DNA of 63,232 bases from Polymyxa betae A26-41 (GCA_003693705.1 RBZT01000120.1:1-63232), one strand, 5' to 3'. Shown: positions 38,630 to 52,883, numbered from the stretch's first letter. Notes: a model not told the origin generated them from the letters alone. Made by a program: numbers and translations.

Positions 38630-39700
38630 TAGCGTTTTGGTTGGGGATAGGATAGATTACCATTCTCATGGCTTCTGGATAATATGTCGCTGGAGCTCCT
38701 GCATAATGCAGCAAAAAGCGTGCCATGTCCGTGGTGGCTTCGGAGGATGAATTCTTCTAAGGACTTTTCGGCATTGTTCGTTTTAATTGGATTCTCTTGT
38801 TTAATGGAGGAATCTTTTTGCAATTCAATGGAGTAGTATGTACCACCTCATCATCACGGAGTACAATTATGTCTTTTCTAGGAAGTTTGTAACTCGGTTA
38901 AGGTATTTGAAAAATTTCATGTCTTCGGATTGTTATCTCAGGAAAAATACTTCAGCAAAGTGAGAGTACAGGTCGAGTATGATAATGGAGTACAGCTCAC
39001 AGTCAAACGCGGGATTTCTGTGCATGGGTTCGCAAAGGTGTGGATACTCGTCCAAGTGCCAGAGTCGCTTGTGCACGTTTACGTTCGTTCGGAAATGGGT
39101 TCGTTTTCCTTTTTCCGTGACTAAATGACTCGCAACAAAAATTCTTTCGATTAGTCACTTTAATTTCGTTGACCATGTCCTTTCGCCAGAGATGTTTCAG
39201 GGGATCTCTACTAATGTCAAGACGAGCATGCCAGAGTGCCTCAGAAGCAGGATTTGCGGTCATGCAGAATTTGTTTATTTGTCATGATTGAAGTTAGATA
39301 AAGGACCTGTCAGTCACGTAGTACAGGTCATCGCTACGAAAGCCAACAGCTATGAGTACCAGTATCTCTGCAATACGGTGCCATCTGCCACTGACGAACG
39401 TAGCCTTGTTGATCTGCGGTCTGCGCCAAAACGAATAGTCCAGTCTCCAAGCAGTCTACGATAGCGTTACTACCAGTTAGCGTAGAGACCCCCATGCGGT
39501 TTCTATTTGTAACGTGAGCCATCCCTACCCCGGAAATGCTCTTAACCGTAATTATCGGACTCGCCTCTCCGCTCCTGCAGCGTATCTATTCTCAGCCCTA
39601 TGTTTGACATCTGGCTAGAAGCTCTAATGTTCATTGTTATCATTGCATCAATAATCCATGATGTATAGATCTCCACATCTAGTTTCTGCATGTTTGAACA
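38630..39700 (-). pseudogene. pol: Copia protease/integrase remnant
   Basis: WIIDA, ALWHARL, CCES..GK....PFP (GAG-pre-integrase). Confidence 0.7.
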
Positions 39701-40489
39701 CGCAAGGTATGCTGTCCAAGAAATGACTTTGATAGTTCTTTTGCATAACCTGCAAGCTGTGCGGGCTATTGATTGTATATAACAAAATATCTTGTTTATG
39801 CGTATTCGGATTCAATATTCATCAACACAATAAAAATGCTGTCCAATGGGCTATCGTGTCCGCTCTCAGCTCTTAACCTTTTGTAGAAACAGCAGTGATT
39901 ACAGAGCTATCATGGACTGACACAGTCATAACACTGCGAACAAACGATTCTTGCTGATTCCAGAACCCAGACTGCCAACCGTGAGTAATATGCTCATGAT
40001 GCCCTGACAACGACATGAGTTTGCACCAAATCCCATCAAGTTCATATTGTTATCTCGATATCTATACTCCAATATGTGATCGAGTCAATTTGTGCCACCC
40101 AATGATATTCTTAGAATAAGTTCTATAGTGTGAACACCTGATCCTAAGCTCATAATGCGATGTGGAAACGCTTCCGAACTCCCGATCGTGGTCGGTCTCA
40201 GCAATCTTGGTGATAGAGATAGCATACTACCGATCATAAACGTGAACAGCCTGTTAGAAACAGAGACGCACTTTGCTTAGTGCGAAAGTCCGCGGTTCCC
40301 GTTCTGCTGTACCATTATCAGATGATTGCATGCCAGCTCGTCGATCATCACTCGACTGCTGATGTGTTTGAATTGGCGCCGCACACTTCCGCACCTCAAG
40401 AAAATGTAACATGTTCAATCAGCAAAGACCAACTGGCAAGGCCCGACATTCAGATGATCACAATTTCGCAAGAAAAAGTGCATTCGTCT

Positions 40490-40975
40490 GTCCCAGAAGC
40501 TTTATCATCAGCATATGCTGGCCATTGGCTGACGCTATGGCTAAAGAAAGGCACCAATTAGATTTCTTCAAAAACATGGACCCTCGAACAAAAACAATAT
40601 TGTGCAAGTGGATTTTATTATCAAGCCGAACCAGACCGGAGACGGGCTCATACGTTAATTCAAGGCCAGGCTGGTGGTCAATGGCTTCTTCAACGGGCCG
40701 GTTTGATTAAGATGAAACGTTTGCCCCTGTCGCACAACAACAGTCTTTCCGCGTTTTGCTGGCACTTGCTGCTCAACACTGAGTGTTTTTCCACCAAATT
40801 GATATAGTTTGTAACGGTGAAATTGAAGGCGAAAATTTCTTGAAACAACCAGACCAATTTATATATCCCCGGCCTTGAACGTGGTGTTTGCAATCTCAAC
40901 GAGGCCCTATATGGACTGAAGCAAGCTGGCATGATATGGAACCAGCAACTGGAGAACTTCCTGATCAACGGCCTC
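40490..40975 (+). pseudogene. pol: Copia RT remnant
   Basis: ILCKWI, KARLV, FAPV, VCNLNEALYGLKQAGMIWN. Confidence 0.8.
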
Positions 40976-41329
40976 ACCATCACAGAGTTGCTGCCGATTT
41001 ATAAGTCGGCAGGTGTTGAAATCACATCTCTTAATTCCATTCGGATCCTTACTGCAAGTGCAGCGAAGCAGAGACATAGTGTTAATGAAATGGAGTCGTT
41101 ATATTAATGAATTATCCGAACTCCGTAGTATTACTACTCATATGCGTAATTGGTCCAAATTAGATTAAGACCACCTTCCATATATACTTTTTTGTTTCGG
41201 CGGATAACGCCAGGGGGAACCTTACATGTGATACCGGGTTTCATTGCTCCGGGGTTATCAATCCAAGTCCGAATCACCCGATTTTGTCAAATTCTTAGTG
41301 AGTAACCCCTTTCAAATCAACTAATAATA

Positions 41330-43154
41330 CTTCTTCAGTTCTCAAATACGTGATAAAATTGGGAAAAACATTCTAGATTTTTTTCAAAAAAAAATAACAG
41401 TGACGCAATTTTGGTACCACCAGGTTGCTCTTATTTTAAGCTTTCCAGAAATGTAATTTTTGTTCGTACTGGCCCATCTATTCTGCCTATCTTGTCATCA
41501 AACCAATATCCAGCTACAAATCTCTAAAGAATATTGAAGTCTTACTTGTCCCACATCTTTGTGTTACAGTCCTCATTTGCCAGCGTTTAGAATGGCTGAT
41601 GACGGCGTCGAAGATGGAGCTCTCTGCGGTCGCCTGTTAGCGATGTGTCTGGCCGCTGAGCAACAGTTTAGACCAGTATTAAGCCATCGTCTAGCCACTG
41701 AGGCTATCTACGGCCCTACAGACAGCAGATTTCGCTGAAACCGCAAACAGGAAAGCCCATTGCTCGATAGTTAAGCTGCCAGTCCAGAGCCCGAATGTGA
41801 TAGCAGACCGAATCTGTCTGAAAACGAACGAAAACAAATTCTGGATTTTCCATTAGCAAAAAGTAGTGACGGAAAGCTAAAACAAGGCTCCCTGGAGACT
41901 GCATCCAATCTTTTCAACAAATCCTACCCAACAGTTCAATGAATTTGGAGCCGATAAAAACTTGCACGAAATGCTGGATCAGCTGTAGATTTGACTTCAA
42001 GAAAAAGAGGGCGGGTTGGAAGAAAAAAGAAGGCACTGGACCTCAATAAGCTAGAGGAAATTCCATTGGAAAAACGAGCAACTCTACGCGATCTAGCATC
42101 TGCTTTTAATGTAGCGATCTCAACAATGCATGATCGCTTGAAAAGGGGTGATATCAGAAGACATGTTAATAGACTTAAGCCCCGATTGACGGCGTCGAAC
42201 TAAAGGAAAAGAATTGCAAGGTGCCTGGAGCACTTCGATGTGGATAGCATTCGAGCAATCCCAAGTTCTGCGGAATGACCAACATCGTGCACTTCGACGA
42301 GAAGTGGTTCTATATCACCACGGCCTCAAAAAATTACTACTTGCTTCCTACAGAAAAGGAGCCTTATAATAAATGTTAGAGCAAGCGCAGCATTACAAAA
42401 GTGAAGTTTTGGCCGCAATAGCGCGGCCAATATTTGATTCTGCGGGCAAAATTCTTTTTGACGGTAAGATAGGATTATTTCCTATAATTGAATTAGATCG
42501 AGTCAAAAAATCCAGTAAGAATAGGCCTGCAGGAACGCTGCTCACAAAACCAGTTAGCATGAACAAGGTCAAATTTCGTCAGCTTTTGATCGAAAATGTA
42601 CTACCAGCCATTCGGACAAAATGGCCTGAAAACATCAACCAGGGTCCGATTATCATTCAGCAAGATAACGCGACACCACATATAGCTCCGCAAGACCAAG
42701 ACTTTTAGCAGCTGTTGCTGAAGGCAGCGTAGACATAAGATTGAAGTTCCAACCTCCTAATAGTCCGGATTTGAATGTACTCGATCTCGGGTTTTGTTCT
42801 GCCATACAATGTTTGCAGCAGACAAAGGCTCCCGCCACTGTTGATGAGTTGACTGGAGAAGTAATTTCTGCTTTCAAAGAAATTGAGCCAGAAACGCTTA
42901 ACAAAGCTTTCCTCAGCCAGCAAAATTGCATGACCGATTCATGAAGTACAACGGAGGCATCTGTTATCGGCTCCCGCACATGCATAAGGACGTGTTGGCC
43001 CGAAAGGGGATGTTTCCAGATCGATTGTCGTACGATCTGCTGTTGATATCTCGCTGTGTCATTCATTGCTTTTGAACCAGAAAACCCAATTTTTTCACTT
43101 ATTTTCGAACAACTCCGCAACGCAATTTTATCACTTATTTCCGAACAGAGGAAG
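41330..43154 (+). mobile_element. DD39D (plant-type) mariner element, degenerate
   Basis: Imperfect ~32 bp TIRs CTTC(C/T)TC(T/A)GTTC..AAATA.GTGATAAAATTG, TA on the left; HFDEKWFY, ARP.FD, FDGKIG, SKNRPAGT, QQDNATPH, QPPNSPDLNVLD; 39 residues between the last two Asp after one frameshift fix. Confidence 0.92.
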
Positions 43155-43289
43155 TGTATATAAATTAATGAATATAATCACGACCATCCCGAGCGTAATT
43201 GATAGAGTTATTTAAGAGATCACGGTATTTGGTCGTATGATTTTCGATATAATCAATTACCGTTTGATTTCTAAATGTCAATAATGTTC

Positions 43290-46200
43290 AAAGGAGTTCT
43301 TGGTTATATCCTTCCCATAAAATATGAACACTTTGTAATTGTCTAGATCTGGTGATCTGTACGAAAAAAAAGGGCTGAATCGATATATTCTTTTAACAGA
43401 GCTTCTTCACTTTTAACGTCTATGAAGGTATGAATTGATTCCGCCGTTTGTCCTTGTAAAGCATGTGTTAGTCCATGCTGATGGTTCAAGCGGGAAACCG
43501 ATTCGATCGTAATGTTTTCGATGCAGTGGAACAGTTTCATTCTGTACGAATAACTCCAATCGTACAGCATTGACGTCTTCATTACGTCTTCCACCGATAT
43601 GTGGTATGATAATAAGTCGCGATTCTTACTACGAATATCCTACTATTTCTACTGCTTGACCAGTGGATAGAGAAATAGGTTCGACCAGCACATGTCGGAA
43701 TTGGAGATTTCTTGTCATTCGACAATGACCTGGAACTGTAAAAGTATATTTTCGGCCGATACTGAACAATTTGTCCAATTTTGTCAACAGGGAATCTTCT
43801 AAGGGTGGGTTTGGATACTCGCAATTTTGCAAAATTCCGGGGGATATATTGCAAAATTGCCTATTTTACAAAATAAGATGCTGAACGTGTTTGGATGCCT
43901 TTCTTGCAAAATCGGGATTTTTGCAAAATACGATTTTCAGATCGGACCTAAATTTTTGGGCTGCAAATTTAAATATTACCTGCCGTTCGAAATATGGCTT
44001 CTGTTTTCTCCAGGGGTCTTGAGGCTTGCGGCATCGATGACGGTGACGGCAATGCTGCAGACTTTTTTGTCCTAGCAACATGATGGTAGGCGGCACAATA
44101 CCTTTGCAGGGAGTCATGCAGAATGTCCATCATGACCGGCTGCCTCTATATGTAGGAATTGCTGTCGCATACTACCAACGAACGGCGCTTCTTGGAGTTC
44201 TTCCGAATGGATCGTTTCACCTTCCTTCATCAGAAAAATTCATCGCTGCTAAAGGGTGCCTGATTCCATCTCGAGGTATCACTACCGAAGACCCGTTGGC
44301 TATTTTCCTGTATGTCGTCGGTCAAAATACATCCAATAGAAGCTCCCAAAAGCGCTGTCAGCATTCCTGCGAGACTATTAGCAGGTACGTTTGGAATACA
44401 TCCCTTTAGTAATAAATTAAATATAAACTGAGCAAACATTTCGATGCTGTTGTGAATTCTTTGAATCTGCCCTTCATTTGATATGATTGTCGCAAAGAGA
44501 GCTACTGTAAAAATATTCGATGCGGACTATCAACTTTGTGTTTTTTTATTCATAAACAGTGCATCCAAACGATCTGGAATTTGTCAAAACGTGTTCTTAC
44601 GATATTTTACATGAATATTGCAATAATGGAATTTTGCAAAATTCCGCAGCGCAGATAGCCAAACGCACCCTAAGACAGGTTCATTATTGTCACCGGTATT
44701 GACACAATAAGTGACATTTTCAATGATAATAGGATGTTCTCTGCCTTGAAAGGCGACAAGTTCATTAATGTGTTGCATATTCAGCTTTCGTCGATTATAT
44801 ACGAGCGAACATGTTCTCATTCGGGTTTCTCCATCAGGCTGAAGACGACATGGGTAATGACCATATCCGCAGATCCTTGCTTCTAATTACAGCTGTACTC
44901 TGGCAAGTTACAAATGATCACTTACGGGTCCTGTCATAAGATGAATAAATTCTTGCAACTGTAAACAGTGTTCTGCACTAACGACTCCTTCATTTAAAAA
45001 GGAAATTGCATATTTTACGATTTTGTTATGTCGATAGAACTGTAACGATGCGGCCACATCATTTGGAGATTTAATTACAGCTGGAAATTGATTTAGATTG
45101 CCACAAAACATCTCTATTGGCTTTTCAAGATCCTTGCAGACAGCCCTTCTTTTGGATATATCACAAGCATCTAGAACAAGAACAGACATCATGGAGCATT
45201 TTTCATACATCATTAGATAACATTGTCGCAATTCCATTCCGAGTGGTGTCAGTGGATCCATGCCACAAATGATGTCGAAATCCGTATCTCCTGGTCGTAA
45301 TCTATGTACTGGCCAGAAAGTTTTGCTTTCTAATGGATGTAAATTAGAGCATGCCAAATTGGTGGGTGCGCAGCAAATGACATTCCAGCCCATATCGATT
45401 GAGGTCTCTGCCCAAATCTTTTGGACATAGGATTTCCCGAACCTGCCTTTCCTTCAATATAAAAGATGAGTGGGATGCCAGGGTTCATCAGCATTCGATG
45501 CAGCATGAATTCCATTGCAATTATTTGCGATTGATTGTAAGGTCGAAATCGCCAGAATGCGACTAGATTAATTATCTCAACTTCGGCTTCAATGGGAGAT
45601 AATCCCCGAATTCTTGGCAGCTGTCTATCATTCTGAAGTAATTTGTTGAAGCCTACTGAGGCAAATAANNNNNNNNNNNNNNNNNNNNNNNNNNNNNNNN
45701 NNNNNNNNNNNNNNNNNNNNNNNNNNNNNNNNNNNNNNNNNNNNNNNNNNNNNNNNNNNNNNNNNNNNNNNNNNNNNNNNNNNNNNNNNNNNNNNNNNNN
45801 NNNNNNNNNNNNNNNNNNNNNNNNNNNCGCGTATTCCAATGTTGGCGTCAAGTCTTGACATAATTGAGCATCAATGAATTCGTTGTAATTTCGCGTTCTA
45901 ACGTCTCTCAGCAAAACTCGCATCTAGTGGTTGCGTCGTCGATATTCAATAAAACGCGCATCAAAATTCCCAGCATTTAACAATCGTAGGAGAACGTTAA
46001 ATGGACAGTTTTCATCATCATCTACGATTCCTAAATATCGAACAGTAGCTTCAAAACTGCCTCATGTTCTGATATTACATCTAACCAGTCATAAGTAATG
46101 ACGTGCATGAAGAAAATCATTGCATAGAAGTCTTTGCCGTCGTCTGGTACGAAAAATGTGATATGTAATAACACGATGTCTAACTGTCAGGGACATACAG

Positions 46201-47790
46201 ACCGGCGCAACCCACCGAGGCGCAGTCCTGGCAAGCGCAGCCCGCACCTTCCGACATGACGGCAAGTTAAGTCCGTGGCCAGTGGTCTTGCCCCACTGGT
46301 ACCCCAGTGAGGCTTCGTTCGTCATTAATCATCCTCGGTGAGATTCATTGCCGAGGCTTCGTACTTGTAATTCCCTTACAAACATCGCTTCAATTCTTCC
46401 AGCTCCTGCTGCGTCCCTCGTCCTCGTCGCCCTTACAGGCCTCGTCCTCGTCCACTTGTCCTCGGCAACCCTTAGTCTTTATCCTCGTCCACGTTCTTCG
46501 GGCACTTTGCCCTCGTCTTCGTCCTCTCCTCTGACACTAACTAGATGCTGTGGAGTTAATACGATCCAGTACGAATAGTCGAATGCGGCACACAAATGAT
46601 ATTGATCAGCTCCGTTTCGAATATCTTGTGGAAATTGTGCCCGTGTTCGCTGAATATCGCATGATCGACAGAAATCGAGATATTTCATATCAGCATACGG
46701 TGGTAGTCGTGGCCGATGTTCCCATACGTCAAGAGAATCATCGGGAAGATCGTTGATATTTCTTACGCCAGCAAGAAAGTCATGGGGATGACCGATAGGC
46801 ACTGCACGGATGGTGACATTATCATAGCGCATTTATGCCAATCCCATAGCGAATGCATGAATAATAGGCAGATCTAATCTCCGACTTCGGAAATAATTTA
46901 TGACCTGATTATCATGATGCCGGACAGCGTGACAGACAAATACCGTGGCCTTGGTGGAATAGGACGCCATAAACCCACGTTTAAAGTCACGACCAACTAG
47001 ACTAACATGATGACAATTGAGACATAGCAGTTCAAGCGGACCAAAAGATACTACTCTGCCGTCGTGTTCTCCTCGAGCTCGGTCCCATCGTCCAGTTAAT
47101 TCATCATATGTCGTATAAGGGGTTGGATCGAACTGATATCCCTGTCGACAAGCATAATCAACTGGCCCACATCGGCTTGGAATGCATTGATGAATTTGAT
47201 GTGTCAAAATCAGATAAAACAAATTTGTGTTCTCTTCTGTATCGAGATCTGCTAATAGGGGTATTTGTGCCGAGATATAACGCCGACCGTAATGTGGCAA
47301 TTCGGAACTTCGCAATTCATGGGTATGGAATCTACCCATTCGTCCCTGAGTCTCAGTCCTAGTAGCTGTCCAGTCTAAAGGGCCATATATGTTCATTTGA
47401 TGATCGCTACTAAATTTGCTAACCGATGATCGACGCAACTCAAATCCGACCGATATGGTCATGGCAGGCTACATCTATATTTCGTCTACATCGAAGCATT
47501 TCAAATAGAGGTTCGTTATAATTGACCGTAGTCGTATTCCATTCGGTTGCCGGTCGTCGGTCACGCGCAATCGCACAAAGATTCAAGTAATGATGATAGA
47601 AATATTCTGGCGTAGAATGGATAGTTCTTGAGATGGAAGTTCCGACTCACTCGTCGTATGACTCCAGCTGATATTACACCACGACTGCCGTTTCTAATTG
47701 AAATTATTGCTCAAAAACCGAACCCGGTGACTGGCTGCGCTCGGCGCAGCCTGTCACTGAATATCTTCATTCATTTTTGCCACATGTTTA
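43290..47790 (-). pseudogene. Helitron RepHel, C-terminal part: HUH Rep nuclease + Pif1-type helicase
   Basis: STPEYF...LCAI, ETQGRMGRFHTH (HUH), YISAQIP, VVSFGP.LL...CH, SYSTK; IEGKAGSG, CAPTNLA, VLVLD, CGNLNQFPAV, THALQGQT; N gap 45669-45827. Confidence 0.88.
43803..44670 (+). mobile_element. Non-autonomous PIF/Tourist-like deletion derivative inserted in the helicase
   Basis: TIR GGGTG(G/C)GTTTGG, TAA TSD on both sides, remnant EDPLAIFLYVVG...QHSCETISRY; removal restores the NEPVL-EDSL frame. Confidence 0.93.
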
Positions 47791-47802
47791 ATTTTCTCTT
47801 TT

Positions 47803-49500
47803 GGAAGTACCGGTAGTACCAGGCACTGGGTAACGTAGACCTGATCATGTCGTACTGGAGGTAGTACCGGTAGTATTTCAACTTGGTAACGTTAATATGA
47901 TTCGCGCTTACAGTTTATCTTGGGGTAGTCCCGGTGTACCTGCCACTGTGTAACGTAGATCTGCTTCATGTCGTACTGGAATACAGCTAGTATTTCCCAC
48001 TTGGTAACGTAGAGATGGTTCCGGACGTACCTAAGACGAGCACCAGTACTACCTGTGGTACCTGGTATGGATGATTTGGAGATTTAGTCCGACCTATCGG
48101 GGGTAGTTAGTACCGAAAGCACCGAGAGTACTTTGGTCTGACATTCTTGTAGCTGCTCAGTGAAGGAGGGAGGGTTAGTACCGATAGTACCTAGAGCCCC
48201 TTGTGTCTTGATATGTCAGGTTTAGGTTGGCCTGACATACAGTGGCTCTGTGAATGATGGAGGGTTAGTACCGATAGTACCTTGTGCCCTGCTGGTTCTT
48301 GAGGTTGTGCAACCTCTTGTAATTCAGCCAGATGACTGGGATGGTTCCTGATTACCGAGCGTCGTGGGTTAGTACCGGTAGTATCGGTAATACTGCATTT
48401 CGTGACTAGGCTGATTAAAATGGATGATTCTGTATAACGACAGTCAGAAACAGTAGTATTGATAGTACCACGTTATGGCCAGGGTTTATTAGATTTCTTT
48501 ACTTTCGGACGATGCGACTGGAACGACGCGGTCCAGGAACCTTTGCAACAGGCTCTGTGGTTGTAACATCAGAATCCGGTTCATCAACGGGAAGCTGAAC
48601 CTCTGCAGCCAAAGTGGCTGCATCCTCTTGCGTTGTCGGTGCTTCGAGATCCAACTCTTCGGGAACTTCCTCAGGCAGCACTGAATGACTGGTTGTGAAA
48701 ATCGTCATTTCGGCCCGGGAGACCGTCGACGATCCCATTATATGCGATTCTGCGATTCCGTCGCCGTCGTGGCTGTTGCGAGCCATTCTGCTGAAATATC
48801 GGCTGAGGCAGCCTTAGCTTTCATATTTTGTATTTCAGCTTCAAGAAAATTTTTGCACGGTCTCGATTTCGCTGGCTTTTCTCACGACCGCGCTTCAGCT
48901 CGGCAAGACGCTTGGTCAGCTGGGCAGCTGACGTCGTCGGAGAGAGCTGCGAAGAACAATCAGGAATCGGTTGTTGTTTCATCGAGCACACTTTATCGAT
49001 AGATAGTGATGTATGGATAGGATGTTCGGAGCATTGCGCCACTTTTGGAGAAAAAATACCGATTTTTATTCATAAATTTTTAAAGGATGTCTCTCTGACT
49101 TGTCTTCAGATTGCTCTCAACTCTGTTTAAGAAATGAAATTGCAGACTCATTTGGGACGAGCTGTCAATTTCTCAGGCAGCTTCTCCATTCATATTCCGG
49201 GAAGAAATCTGCTAATGAGTCGGACAATAGATAATACCTTTATCTTGATGGCTTTGGCCATACATACAGTTGCTCAGTGCAGGACCGAAGGTTAGTACCG
49301 ATAGAGCCTATAGTACCTTGGGTCATGTTACAGTTGATCTGTAAAGGACGATAATACCTTGTGTCTGGATGTATCACTGGTGATCAGTGCGGATTGAATG
49401 GGTAGTACCGATAGTACCTATAGTACCTTGGGTCATGTTACAGTTGATCTGTAGAGGATGGAGGGTTAGTACCTGTGCTACCGGTAGAACCTGTGACTTT
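47803..49500. repeat. Repeat/variable-spacer array (core GGTTAGTACCGATAGTACC) in two blocks, 47803-48470 and 49265-49500
   Basis: Core near 47807, 47862, 47924, 48106, 48169, 48259, 48366, 49290, 49401 and 49460; exact 24-mer at 48169 and 48259. Confidence 0.85.
48499..49042 (-). CDS. Orphan small protein inside the array (basic helical segment, acidic tract, RRSSR tail); probably one frameshifted gene
   Basis: ORFs 48821-49042 and 48499-48786 on the same strand as the recombinase. Confidence 0.4.
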
Positions 49501-49601
49501 GGGCCGATCTGTATACATTTTGCTGATTTTGTGTCTGGACGATTTCAAAATCTTCCTTGAAAGAAATACAGATTGAAGAGCGACACACATACTTTCTTTA
49601 T

Positions 49602-52600
49602 TTAAATTACTATTCGCTTTTCGCTCTCTGTAGTGGAATTATTAATAAATCCGACACCACAGGGAACGTCATTTTGAATTTGTTTGATTGACTTAAGAAA
49701 CGTAGTAGGTCGGCTGAAGTCGCATTTATTCTTACCATCAGCAGCGATTGGTAATCCGGCCTCGAGCCAACGCAAAGCGGAATCGAAGGCTTGAACTGCG
49801 TGCTTTTCGAGTTGTTTACGCCAACCCGGACGATCCTCTATATTATCCGGCATCCTTTCTATAGTTGTATCGGGCAGAAAGCGGCAAACGAATCTTATGA
49901 TGGATTTGATCTCTGAACGAATGCGCTTACATGCCAGGGGTGGCTTCACATTCACACCATCGCGGATGCCCTATTCGTGATCAAACCAGGCTATGAAGAA
50001 ATCAAGAATGGTTTTGCCATCCATCGACATAAAACGCCTTGGATATTTGACGAGAATAGAATTTTTCGTGAATCTCAACTCGGTCAGATTTCCGCCCGAG
50101 CCTCGTGTCGGAACAGAATCACTGGCAATATTGATGCAGGCCAGCGACCCGCCAGAATTGCTCATCATATTGAGATCAGGTCGGGCAAAAGTAGACTCTT
50201 GATCTCTTAGATAATTGGTTCGCACTGAAGATTGATCGTCGCTCTATATTGAATGAATTGAAATATTCTGAGTTGTATTAGAAACTTGTTAAATAAGATT
50301 ACTTCCAAAACCAGGAATCCATGTGAAAAATACAGGGATTGCCAGGAAATTCACAGTGATTACTTCAATAAACAATTTGTGCTTTCGGTAAATAACATTT
50401 GAAAAAATTTTGAGCTAAGAGTCTAAAACCAAATGTTTTTTGTTTGAAAAGTGTTAAAAAGAAGAAAACATATCATGTTACAATGTCTTGGCATCCGCTA
50501 AATTACTCCAGCGATTGTGACTGTCGTTGTTGTTGAAACGCGATTGAAAACATCTCCATGACTTCCCTGTGACGCCGCTCTGACTCGAGCTGATCTTGAG
50601 CGCGCAGTCGCTGAACCTCGATTTGGTCTTCGATCCGAGCACGTTCCGCCTCAGTTCGCCAGCGCTCAATTTCTCTTAGATCCTGATCTTTACGTCGATC
50701 CTGTGCTAGAATCTTTTCCTTGAGCATTTTGGTGTCTTGACGAAGACGCAGGACTTCAGCAAAGAGAGTCTTGACGGTTGAATCGGTTTGACGTTGCAAT
50801 TGAATAAAATTTGATCCCATGTTGGATGTAATGCGGAACCCGCATTGGGATAATTTCGGTTCAGAATCGGACTCGACTTGACTCAGGACGGCGCGCGTCA
50901 TAATTTGTGTTTTCATGAGAGAGAACTCCTCAGGGGTGACATTCGACTCGGAGAGAGCACGCCGGAACTGTGAAACTAGGATGTGATTCTCTCCCAGATC
51001 TGCCACTGTGTCTTCGAACGCGATAATCGCAGCAGCCGTCATACTTTCAGCGAAGACAGGGTTGATAAAGTCCAGTTTGGATGTGAACAACACCGACATC
51101 ACCCTGAAGTTCAGGATCCTCGGAGGAGAGGGAAGTCCGCGGAGCCAGGCGCGGACACGATCCGCCAAAATCCACAGTTCCAGATCTGAGAGGAACTCGT
51201 GCCACCTTATGCAGAACGTTGAGGTCCCTCGAAATTTCGTTGAGCTCCTGTTTGTTGCGGGTCCTTAGTCTCCCACCCGTTGAAAAGGGCATTCGCATGC
51301 CTTGGAATTTGGGGATTATTCAGCGCCTCTAAAAACAACACACTTCGTAAAGAGTGTGATGTGATGGCAGAATTAACATGAGCTTCGTCATCGCCCAGCT
51401 TTATCAGGATCTCTTGCAGCTTTCGATTCAAATATTGAGAGGGTTTGTCGCTGGAGGCAGCTGCCGGAAAGAGATACTTCTCCCTCTGTAGCCGAATTTA
51501 TACAACATATCTCAACATTTAGTTACCAACCTCAGACTTGAACTTTAATGGACCGCATACCATCAGATATCGAAAATACATATGCAACGGGTCCAGAATC
51601 CACTCATTGGTACTGTAGGCCAAAGGAAGAATCTCAGTTTGAGAGGATGTCTTCTTTCGCCAAAATTGCGACTAAATGAGATCTATTATCAATGCGTTAA
51701 GAACAGTTTCTTAACGAAAAAAATGTAGCATGATTTTACAAAAAATCACAGTAAAAGTGGACAACAAAATCGTCAACTACCATCAAATCCAGAAAAAAAA
51801 GAGAATCAACTTAAAGAAAACATTGGTTTAGAATGATTTGATGTTTTGATTTCAAATTGCTACAATAAAAAACATACCTGAAGCGCGATCAATAGTTGGA
51901 GACTGCGAATTGAACGTATCTTGAGAAATGTCGCTGGCACGCCCACCTTTGACTGTTTGAAGTCCGAAAAGCGTTGCTCTCTCAATTTCTCCTAAAAGAA
52001 TTGCGCTCCGGACAATCACGCGAGCTTCTTCCAATGACGAAGTGGGCGCATTACTTGAGAGAGGCAGCCCTTTATCCTGACGCAGTTGACTGTTCATCTT
52101 TGCAGCTTTGCTCATGCAGTTGGAAAAAAGTTGCCAAGTGTCGAATGCAGCTCAGCTGAATGAGAAGCAAATTTCCCCGAAAAAAACGTCCGTATCGATG
52201 ACAAATACGCCTTTAAAGCTAAAACAAATATCTATAAGGAGGAAGATTTGAACACAGAGAAGTAACACATACTGGCTGTCTTGAGATTTTGCTCCTTAAC
52301 AAGCCAATGCATGAATTGCCCCAAAAGATGAACGCCACTCTCTCCGGTCAGATGATCGATTGTAATCTTGTCAATCGTAGACACAATTTGACTGAATTTC
52401 AATATATAAAATGTATAAACAAAAACCGCGTCAGATTTACATACTTAGTAGAAGCGAGAAAACAATTGAAATGAGCACGCGCTGTACCGAATTGTGCTGT
52501 TGAAGATCCCTTCTTTAACAGATGGATAGAAAGTAGGCTGTCAGCAATGGCCTCATGATCGTGACCGGGCTAATCCCGCTGTTATTAATTTTAGTAAAGT

Positions 52601-52883
52601 GGAAAACAGTCAGAACATATTGCTTACCGCTCGCTTTGTACCATAAGATTGCGCTTTCATATTGCGGGGTTTGTCGCCAGAATCGTGGCCGGGCAACTCC
52701 AGCTGTCACAAATCTCAATAAACAGTCCAGGCCAGATCTTGCCACAGATATTTCCGCTCGCTTAGATCGCGACGATCGACGCTGCATTGGTTGTCCTGAA
52801 ACGCTTGAACAGCGATAGATAGCGATCGGTTCTGCCTGAACCAGCTTTAAATAGCAGAAATGGGAATGATCAATGATGGTCAC
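49602..52883 (-). pseudogene. Crypton-type (CryptonS-like) tyrosine recombinase gene, multi-intron, degenerate
   Basis: LQTVKGGRASDI (box I Arg), RKKT...WILDPLH, YLFP, ITSHSLR (HxxR), GW, KVARV, then coiled coil and a FFIAWF C-terminal region; no RT and no TIR. Confidence 0.82.

Noticed and set aside
47803-49500. CRISPR array
   Set aside because: Repeats are degenerate, spacer lengths irregular, some spacers duplicated, no cas genes, eukaryotic context.
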